Source: Dehalococcoidia bacterium
GTDB taxonomy: Bacteria > Chloroflexota > Dehalococcoidia > UBA2979
DNA length: 64,000 nucleotides
Direction: 5' to 3'
Assembly (NCBI GenBank): GCA_965219085.1
Contig: OZ244720.1
Span: forward strand, 1,312,001-1,376,000
Part shown: one piece after another, positions 57,073 to 64,000 of the stretch
Layout of the letters: each line of letters opens with the position of its first letter
How positions within the stretch are numbered: the stretch's first letter is position 1
Made by a program: the position numbers and the translations under genes
Notes under the pieces: generated by a model
What the model was told of the DNA's origin: nothing
Databases searched by the model: none
What the model saw: only the letters and a program-made list of their open reading frames with translations

Positions 57073-58295
57073 ATGGACTGGGGCGGCAGCCCGGAGCAGG
57101 CAGCATTCAGGCAGCGCGTACGCGACTTCGTGCAGGAGCGCCTCCCGGAGCACTACCGCCGCAAGGCCGAGGGCGCGCCCGACGAGTCCTGGAGCGGCGG
57201 TTGGGCGACCGACCGTGCCGGCGAGGGTGAGGCGCACAACGCGGCCGTCGAGTGGGCGAAGGCGCTTTCGGAGCAGAGCTGGATCGCGCCGCACTGGCCC
57301 GAAGAGTACGGCGGCGCCGGGCTGTCCTCCGTGGAGCAGTTCATCTTCAACGCAGAGCTCGCCGACCTGGGCGCACCCTCGGGCGTGGGCGGCTCCGGCG
57401 TCTCGATGCTCGGGCCGACGCTGATCGCGCACGGCAGCGACGAGCAGAAGGAGCAGTACCTCTCCGAGATCCTCACCGGCGAGATCTCGTGGGCGCAGGG
57501 CTACTCCAAGCCGGGCGCCGGCTCGGACCTCGGCTCGCTGCAGACGCGCGCCGTCCGCGGCGGTGACGACTACGTGGTCAACGGCCAGAAGATCTGGACC
57601 TCGGGCGCGCACAACGCCGACAAGCTGTTCGCGCTGGTCCGAACCGACCCGGACGCGCCGAAGCACCGCGGCATCTCGTTCCTGCTGATCGACGACATCC
57701 ACACCGCGGGCCTGTCGGTGCGGCCGCTGGTCAACATGTCCTGGAAGCACGGCTTCAACGAGACGTTCTTCGAGAACGTGCGCGTGCCGGTGAACATCGT
57801 CGGCGAGGAGAACCGCGGCTGGTACGTCGGCATGACGCTGCTGGACTACGAGCGCTCCAACATCAGCGGTGCGATCGCGTCGCGCAAGGAGCTCGACCGG
57901 CTGATCAGCTACCTCCACAGCGACGAGGGCCAGGGCGCACGTACATGCGCCCCGGCGTGCGCACGGCGATCACGGACCGCTACATCGAGTCCGAGGTGGG
58001 GTTCAACTTCTCGTTCCGCGTCGTCTCGATGCAGGCCTCGGGGCTGATCCCGAACTACGAGGCCTCGACCTCGAAGCTGTTCATGTCGGAGCTGGTGCAG
58101 ACCACGGCGCGCACGGCGACGCGGGCCCTGGGCCTCCACGCCAACGTCTGGGCCGAGGACTCGAAGTGGCCGCCGATGCACGCCTACTTCACGCACCGCT
58201 ACGTGACGACGATCCCGAACACGATCGGCGGCGGCACGTCCGAGATTCAGCGCAACATCATCGCCACCCGCGGCCTCGGGCTGCCTCGGGGCTAG
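57073..58295 (+). pseudogene. acyl-CoA dehydrogenase, frameshifted near 57943
   Basis: two ORFs (57073-58047 and 57945-58295) together match the paralogue at 7725-8948. Confidence 0.88.
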
Positions 58296-58403
58296 CTGGC
58301 GCGGGCACGCCCCCCTCGCCGGGGGGCGACGCAACGAAGTCCGGGGGCGGCTGAGCCGCCCCCGGCTCACGTTCGAGGGTTGCGAGGTCGGTGCAGAAGC
58401 CGG

Positions 58404-59123
58404 TCAGAGCGTCTCGCCGGTCTCGTGGTTCACGATCCAGGCGATGTACTGCATCCCGGCCGCCTGGCGCGCGGCGAGCAGGGCCTGCAGGCAGGCGTCC
58501 GCGGAGCCCCAGCCGTGCTCGTTCACCGCTTCGACGATGCGCTTGCCGCGCGCGACGGCAATGGGCAGCGCGCGCTCCATCTCCTCGTTCAGGCTCTTCC
58601 ACATCTCCGCTGGGTGCTCGAACTCGAAGCGCGCGTACTGGAGCGAGGCGAACTGGTTGCCGAGCGTGCCGTCGCGGGTCCACTCGGACGGCGGTGCGCG
58701 CAGGATCTCCTTGAGCGCGGCGTGGCGCTGCTCCACCTCCCACTCGCGATCGAGGTTGAGGTCCGCGATGCGCTCCTCCGCCTCCGGAGCCATCACCACC
58801 TCGCGCAGCATCGTGCGCACCGGACCGGCGCCGCGCGCGGCCTGCCGGCCCCGCGGCCGCCGCACCTCCGGGTAGCCGTCGAGGCGCTGCCGCACGTGCT
58901 GCAGCGCGATGGCGAGCGTGTGCGCGATCGCGTGGGTCGGCAGGTTCTCGTGCACCTCGACGTGCACCTCGTCATCGTCGTCGGCCCAGCGCATGTTGGA
59001 GAACGCGTCTCCATCGAAGCCTGCAATGACGAGCTCACGGTCGGCCTCCGCGCGCACACGCGCGTGGAGTTCCTCGTAGAGCCCGTCGAGTCCATCGCCG
59101 ATGTCGCGCCCGTTGACGTTCAT
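58404..59123 (-). CDS. hypothetical protein
   Basis: GGAGG RBS, ATGA overlap with fpg stop, host-like codon use. Confidence 0.8.
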   Translation of the reverse strand: MNVNGRDIGDGLDGLYEELHARVRAEADRELVIAGFDGDAFSNMRWADDDDEVHVEVHENLPTHAIAHTLAIALQHVRQRLDGYPEVRRPRGRQAARGAGPVRTMLREVVMAPEAEERIADLNLDREWEVEQRHAALKEILRAPPSEWTRDGTLGNQFASLQYARFEFEHPAEMWKSLNEEMERALPIAVARGKRIVEAVNEHGWGSADACLQALLAARQAAGMQYIAWIVNHETGETL

Positions 59124-59974
59124 GCGTGCTTCCTCCGTGTTGCGCCCACCGGCCGGCGCTCGAGGTCGAGCGGCTGGCAGGCGATGCAAAAGTTCGTCTC
59201 GCGTCCGCCGCTCACGCGGCCCCGGATCTCCCGGTCGCAGCGCGGGCACGGCTCCCCGGTCCGGCGATGGACCCGGAGGTGCTCACGCCACTCCTCCTTG
59301 CGCTGCTTCAGCCCGTCTGCGACCTGTGCGTCGAGGATGGGCTGCGACCACTCGAAGACGCGGCGCATCGCGCGGTAGAGCTCGCGGCGACCGTCGTCAT
59401 CGAGCGTAGCGCCCCGCCGGTGCGGGTGGAATCCCGCCTCCCACAGGATCTCGTCGGAGTAGGCGTTCCCGATGCCGGCGACGAACTGCTGGTTGGTGAG
59501 CGTGTTCTTGAGCTGCCCGCTGCGCCGCCTCAGCCGCTGCACGAACTCGTCCTCATCGATCGCGAGCGCGTCCGGCCCCAGCTCGCCGAGCTGCGGAACC
59601 GCGTCGAGGTCGTCGATGGGCACGAGGTACCAGCGGCCCATGCGCCGCTCGTCCGCGTAGCGCAGCTCGTGGCCGTCGGCGAACGCGAGCACGACGGCGG
59701 GCGCCGGGGTGCGCTTCTCGCCGGGCTGCGCCCAGTGGAAGCGGCCGGTGAGCATCGGGTTGATGACCAGCACGCGCGCGTCGTCGCTGGTGAGCAGCAG
59801 GAACTTGCCGAGCCGCCGCACATCCACGAACGCATGGCCGGCGACGGTCTCGAGGTCCGCGAGGCCGGTGCGCACGAGCCACGGCTGCCGGGCGTCGACG
59901 GACGTGACGGGGTTGTCCGCCAGGCGCGGCGCGAGGAAGCCACGGATCGCCTCGAGGTCCGGTATCTCAGGCAT
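59120..59974 (-). CDS. Fpg/Nei family DNA glycosylase
   Basis: MPE.P, R.GKFL, GIGNAYSDEIL, CPRC...CIACQ zinc finger. Confidence 0.95.
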   Translation of the reverse strand: MPEIPDLEAIRGFLAPRLADNPVTSVDARQPWLVRTGLADLETVAGHAFVDVRRLGKFLLLTSDDARVLVINPMLTGRFHWAQPGEKRTPAPAVVLAFADGHELRYADERRMGRWYLVPIDDLDAVPQLGELGPDALAIDEDEFVQRLRRRSGQLKNTLTNQQFVAGIGNAYSDEILWEAGFHPHRRGATLDDDGRRELYRAMRRVFEWSQPILDAQVADGLKQRKEEWREHLRVHRRTGEPCPRCDREIRGRVSGGRETNFCIACQPLDLERRPVGATRRKHA

Positions 59975-59979
59975 CGCGG

Positions 59980-60825
59980 TCAGGCATCGGCGGCCTCATC
60001 GGGCGGCGTCCAGCGCGGGTAGGAGCCGAGCACGCGCAGCCACTCGGTCTGCGCGTCGGTCGCCGCGAGCGCCTCGGCCACCGGCTCGTCGGTGCGGTGC
60101 CCCTGCAGGTCGAGCAGGAAGACGTACGTGCCGAGCGCGATGCGCGTGGGGCGCGACTGCACGTGCGTGAGGTTGAGGCCGCGCCCCGAGAACTCCTGCA
60201 GCACGGTCACCAGCGTCCCCGGCAGGTCGTGCGCCGTCGTGAAGGCGATCGAGGTCTTGTCGTCGCCCGTGGGGGCGTGGTCCCCGGGCGCGAGCACGAG
60301 GAAGCGGGTGGCATTGCCGAGCTCGTCGGCGATGTCGTCGGCGAGCACGGCGGCGCCGTAGATCGAGGCGGCTCGGGCAGTGCTCACCGCCAGCGCGCCG
60401 GGCTCGGCCAGCGCGGACTCGATGGCCGCGGCCGTGGAGAGCGCGGCCTGCGGCCGCGCGCCCGGCGCGAGCTGCCCCAGCCGCTCGCGGCACTGCGCGA
60501 GCGCCTGCGGGTGCGAGTAGACCACCGTCGCGGCGGTGGGGTCGGCGCCGTGCGCGGCAACCAGCGCGTGCCGGATGGGCAGCACGGTCTCGCCGTAGAT
60601 CTGCAGCTCCGTGTCGGCTCGCAGCAGCATGTCCAGGGTCTCGCGCACGGAACCCTCGATCGAGTTCTCGATAGCGCACACGGCGGCGTCGGCCTCGCCC
60701 TCGCGTACCGCCTGTGCGGCGGCCGCGACGCTGGCGGCGGGCACGAGTTGCGCCGTCGGATCGTAGCCGACGGCGGCGGCCTCGGTGTTCGTGCCGCGCG
60801 GACCGAGGTAGGCGAGTCGCGTCAT
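59980..60825 (-). CDS. pheA: prephenate dehydratase
   Basis: AYLGP.GT, IENSIEGSV, SHPQALAQC, TRF, SRP, LGSYP. Confidence 0.95.
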   Translation of the reverse strand: MTRLAYLGPRGTNTEAAAVGYDPTAQLVPAASVAAAAQAVREGEADAAVCAIENSIEGSVRETLDMLLRADTELQIYGETVLPIRHALVAAHGADPTAATVVYSHPQALAQCRERLGQLAPGARPQAALSTAAAIESALAEPGALAVSTARAASIYGAAVLADDIADELGNATRFLVLAPGDHAPTGDDKTSIAFTTAHDLPGTLVTVLQEFSGRGLNLTHVQSRPTRIALGTYVFLLDLQGHRTDEPVAEALAATDAQTEWLRVLGSYPRWTPPDEAADA

Positions 60826-61520
60826 CCGAGCACCTCGTCGATCTCGCGCAGCGGCTCGTCCGGACTGCGCACCAGCTCGCGCATCGCCGGCTCGGACGCC
60901 TGTCCGATGACCGCGATGATCTCATCGCCCGGCTCCAGCACCGTGTCGCCGTCGGGCACGCGGGACTGGTCGCCGGTCACGACGAGTGAGATCACGGCAT
61001 CGACCGGCAGCTCGAGGTCGCGCAGCGCCACCCCGGCCGCGCGCGAGCGCGGCTGCACGTGGAGATCGACGACCTCGAGGCCCGATGCGCGGAGCTGCAG
61101 CAGCGGGATGAACGAGTGCGCCGGCAGGTCCGCCTCGATCTGCGCGAGCACGGCGGACGCCGCCGATACCGTCGACTCGATGCCGAGCGTCTGGAAGAGG
61201 CGCTCGTTGCGGGGGTTGTTGACCCGCGCGATGGTGCGCGCGATGCCGAAGCGATGCTGCGCAACCTGGCAGGCGATGAGATTGTGCGAGTCGTCCCCGG
61301 TCACGGCGATGACGATGTCCGCGCGCGACACGCCGATGGACTCGAGGAAGGAGACCTCGGTGCCGTCGCCGTGCACGCACAACTCGCCGAGCTCGTCGCG
61401 CAGCATCTCCGCGCGGGCGCGGTCGTTCTCCACGAGCAGGATCTCGTAGTCCGCATGGCTGTAGAGCTCGAGCGCGAGGCCGTACCCGACGTTGCCCGCA
61501 CCGATGATGATGATGTACAT
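60822..61520 (-). CDS. TrkA family RCK_N/RCK_C protein
   Basis: IIIGAGNVG, GDGT, AVTGDD..N, RCK_C. Confidence 0.93.
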   Translation of the reverse strand: MYIIIIGAGNVGYGLALELYSHADYEILLVENDRARAEMLRDELGELCVHGDGTEVSFLESIGVSRADIVIAVTGDDSHNLIACQVAQHRFGIARTIARVNNPRNERLFQTLGIESTVSAASAVLAQIEADLPAHSFIPLLQLRASGLEVVDLHVQPRSRAAGVALRDLELPVDAVISLVVTGDQSRVPDGDTVLEPGDEIIAVIGQASEPAMRELVRSPDEPLREIDEVLG

Positions 61521-61536
61521 CGCGCCGCCCTCGCCG

Positions 61537-61941
61537 TCAGGCTCTGCCGAGCAGCGCGTTGATCGCGAGGTCGGCGCTGATGCGCGTGGGGCTGAACGTG
61601 CGCAGCCCCAGCGCGCCGAACAGCTCGGCGCGGAGCGGGTCGTAGACCCGCGTCACCACGGTCTGGACGCTGAAGAGGTGCTTCGCCATCTGGCTCGCCA
61701 TGAGGTTGCGGTTGTCGCCCTGCGTGAGCGCGATGAACGCGTCCGCCTCACGCACCCCGGCGGCGACGAGGATGCGGTCGTCCGTGCCCGAGCCGCGGAG
61801 CCGCTCGCCGCCAAAGCCGCCCGGCAGCCGCCGGAACGCCCGCGTATCGAGGTCGATGATCGTGACGTCGTGTCCCTCGGCGTCGAGGCGCCCCGCCACC
61901 GTCGAGCCGACGCGGCCGCAGCCCATGATCACGACCTTCAC
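61537..61941 (-). CDS. TrkA family RCK_N protein
   Basis: VIMGCGRVG, TQGDNRN, RVYDP.RA. Confidence 0.92.
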   Translation of the reverse strand: MKVVIMGCGRVGSTVAGRLDAEGHDVTIIDLDTRAFRRLPGGFGGERLRGSGTDDRILVAAGVREADAFIALTQGDNRNLMASQMAKHLFSVQTVVTRVYDPLRAELFGALGLRTFSPTRISADLAINALLGRA

Positions 61942-61966
61942 GGCCGCCCCCACGAGTGCGCGCGAC

Positions 61967-62431
61967 TCATCCGGCGACCGCCTGGTCGGCGGGCGAGTAG
62001 CGGAACAGCCACACGTCGCACGGCGCGTTCGCCAGCACGTACTCCGGCAGCCGGCCCAGGCGGAAGCGCCCGTACGGGCGCTCGTAGTCGACACCGACGA
62101 CGATCGCGTCCGTCCCGTCCTCGATCGCCTCGTCGACCACGGCGTGGCCGGCCTGCCTGGCCTGGCACATCGAGGCGTCGACGTTCACCTTGTGGTCGCC
62201 GCCGATGCGTTCGGCCTGCGTGAGGATGTCCTCGCCGCGGTCGAACGCGCCGCGCATGTCGGCGTCGAGCGCGAGCGTGCGCGGAACCTCGATGACGAAG
62301 AGCGCTGCGACGTCCGCGCGGGTGAGTCGGGCGACCTCGCACGTGGCGGCGAGGGCTGCATATGAGGCGTTGGAGCCGTCGACGGGGACCAGGTAACGTC
62401 CTACTTTGCGCAACGGCTCCAGCTTGGCCAT
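61967..62431 (-). CDS. universal stress protein
   Basis: LVPVDGS, D.IVVG, VL.NAPC.V. Confidence 0.92.
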   Translation of the reverse strand: MAKLEPLRKVGRYLVPVDGSNASYAALAATCEVARLTRADVAALFVIEVPRTLALDADMRGAFDRGEDILTQAERIGGDHKVNVDASMCQARQAGHAVVDEAIEDGTDAIVVGVDYERPYGRFRLGRLPEYVLANAPCDVWLFRYSPADQAVAG

Positions 62432-62467
62432 GTCGCACGCAACCTCGTTGTTCCGCGGCCCGGACCG

Positions 62468-62713
62468 CTAACGGGCCTGGGCCAGGCGATACCGTACGAC
62501 GGCAATCGCGAGGAAGAGCACCCCCACGAGCGTCTCGACGGAGACCAGGTTCCCGTCGCTGATGCTCACCGCGAGCACCACCACGCCGATCACCGCCGCC
62601 AGGACGGCCACGAGCAAATGTCGCCGGTCTCTCCTCGCAGTCGTGGTGCTACCTCCGTCGTCGGGGCCGGGCTCGGCCCGGCGCACGGGCATGGATGCTA
62701 GGTCTCGTTCCAT
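62468..62713 (-). CDS. small 2-TM hypothetical protein
   Basis: two hydrophobic helices; lies within the minus-strand operon. Confidence 0.65.
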   Translation of the reverse strand: MERDLASMPVRRAEPGPDDGGSTTTARRDRRHLLVAVLAAVIGVVVLAVSISDGNLVSVETLVGVLFLAIAVVRYRLAQAR

Positions 62714-62725
62714 CGACTGTCCATC

Positions 62726-63628
62726 CTATCGCCCGCGGCGGGTGAGCCAACCCCGCCGGTAGAGCACCGCGAGCGCCACCACCATGATCGGCACGAGCCA
62801 CCACGAGAACGCGATGATCGCCAGCGCCGCCCTCGCGACGACGTTCAGCGTCGCCAGCGAGGCCTCCCAGCCGTCGCGGGCCGCGTCGAGGAGGCTACCG
62901 TCGTCCGCCTCGCCGTCGGGCGGGCGTGACTGCAGCTCGACATGCAGCGTCGACAGGTCCGCAAGCGACTCGAGCAGCGCGAGGCTGCCCTCGATGCGCG
63001 CGATCTGGCCGCGCGTCTGGGTGAGGCGGTCGTGCACGAGCACGACGTCACCGACCTCCGTCGCGCGACTGAGCAGTTCGAGGTACTGCGACTCGACGGC
63101 GCGGAGGTTGCGCAGGTCGGACTCAAGGTCGGTGACCTCGCCGGTCACGTCCTGTGTGTTCGTCGAGATCGAGAGCACGCGCAGCGCCAGCGACCGCAGG
63201 TCCGCGACGACGCGGTCGTAGCGGTCCGCGGGGATGCGCAGCGTGAGGCTGGCGTACGTGAAGCGCTCCTCGTCGTCCTCGTCTCGGGCGCCCAGGCCGC
63301 CGGAGAACGAGGAGTCGGCGACGTAGCCGCCGTGGGTGGAGGCAAGCGCCTGCGCCGCCTCGAACGCCTGGCCGACGGACTCCACCTGCAGCGCCACGTA
63401 GCCGTTGCGGATGATGGTGCGTCCGAGCACGCTCGCGGAGGAGGCGCCGCCGTCGCCACCGTACGCTTCGCTCTCCTCGGCGTAGTCGGCGGTCGCGGCA
63501 CCCGCCGAGGAGGCCGACGTGGTCTGCGCGTCCTCGTCGGACGCGTCGAAGCCGCCGCTGGAGCAAGCGGCGAGGGCGAGGGTCAGCGCGGCGAGGACCG
63601 CGATTCCGAAGCTCGTGACGTACCGCAC
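62726..63628 (-). CDS. DUF4349 domain lipoprotein
   Basis: lipobox LAAC, R.IIR, GGYV..S, LRIP, DVT....DL, C-terminal TM. Confidence 0.9.
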   Translation of the reverse strand: MRYVTSFGIAVLAALTLALAACSSGGFDASDEDAQTTSASSAGAATADYAEESEAYGGDGGASSASVLGRTIIRNGYVALQVESVGQAFEAAQALASTHGGYVADSSFSGGLGARDEDDEERFTYASLTLRIPADRYDRVVADLRSLALRVLSISTNTQDVTGEVTDLESDLRNLRAVESQYLELLSRATEVGDVVLVHDRLTQTRGQIARIEGSLALLESLADLSTLHVELQSRPPDGEADDGSLLDAARDGWEASLATLNVVARAALAIIAFSWWLVPIMVVALAVLYRRGWLTRRGR

Positions 63629-63810
63629 GCCGCACCTCCCACGCGCATCCTCGCGCGTTCCCCATGCACGAGGGTATGCCCACAGTACGTTCCGCGGGCG
63701 CGGATGGTTCCCTCGCGGCCCGTCGAGCCTCCGGCCGGACGCGATACAATGGCTGTGCACAGTTGCGGCGGCGCTCGAAGCGCCGAGCACATACCAGCGT
63801 CGGAGGGGTC

Positions 63811-64000
63811 ATGGCGACCAACGGGAACATCGCGAGCGGCTCGGGCGAACACGGCGAGACGGCGACCTGGCGCGTCAAGGCCGGGTTGGCGCAGATGCTC
63901 AAGGGCGGCGTCATCATGGACGTCGTCACCGTCGAGCACGCGCGCATCGCCGAGGAGGCCGGCGCGGTGGCCGTGATGGCGCTGGAGCGCGTGCCCAGCG
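63811..64000 (+). CDS. pdxS: pyridoxal 5'-phosphate synthase lyase subunit (5' part, runs off window)
   Basis: [39 protein letters not shown]; GGAGG RBS. Confidence 0.96.
   Translation, partial: MATNGNIASGSGEHGETATWRVKAGLAQMLKGGVIMDVVTVEHARIAEEAGAVAVMALERVPS

Noticed and set aside
57935-57950. Programmed frameshift in the acyl-CoA dehydrogenase
   Set aside because: No slippery sequence at the junction, and other lesions point to decay.

Overview
GC-rich bacterial chromosome segment. Gene content and order suggest Chloroflexota/Dehalococcoidia, but this is inferred, not tested. Core blocks: (i) an origin-type cluster on the minus strand (rpmH-rnpA-yidD-beta-propeller lipoprotein-yidC-jag-pfkB-parA-parB) with a perfect parS and no dnaA in the window; (ii) ispD-ispF...cysE-cysS; (iii) tRNA-Thr/Tyr/Thr-tuf-rpmG-secE-nusG-rplKAJL; (iv) usp-trkA-trkA-pheA-fpg and the start of pdxS; (v) many CoA-transferase, acyl-CoA dehydrogenase, SDR and MFS genes. 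Small accessory cassettes sit between the core genes: an IS1380 interrupted by an IS110, VapBC45-like and MazEF toxin-antitoxin pairs, McrBC, a split Schlafen/AlbA_2 pair and two NYN nucleases. Main observations: (1) both divergent NYN genes have the layout promoter, ~70-100 nt structured RNA, strong hairpin, nuclease ORF, a candidate RNA-controlled (type III TA-like) system; (2) YidC has a ~65-aa DUF1059-like Cys/His insertion in its cytoplasmic loop; (3) a peroxiredoxin has an in-frame UGA at the catalytic Cys position (selenoprotein missed by the ORF track); (4) two cassettes with no integrase are bounded by diverged duplications of neighbouring host sequence (ispF 3' end, cyclophilin promoter); (5) a REP-like palindrome occurs in tandem, as a single intergenic copy and inside cysS. 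All family calls come from motif recognition by eye; no searches were run.
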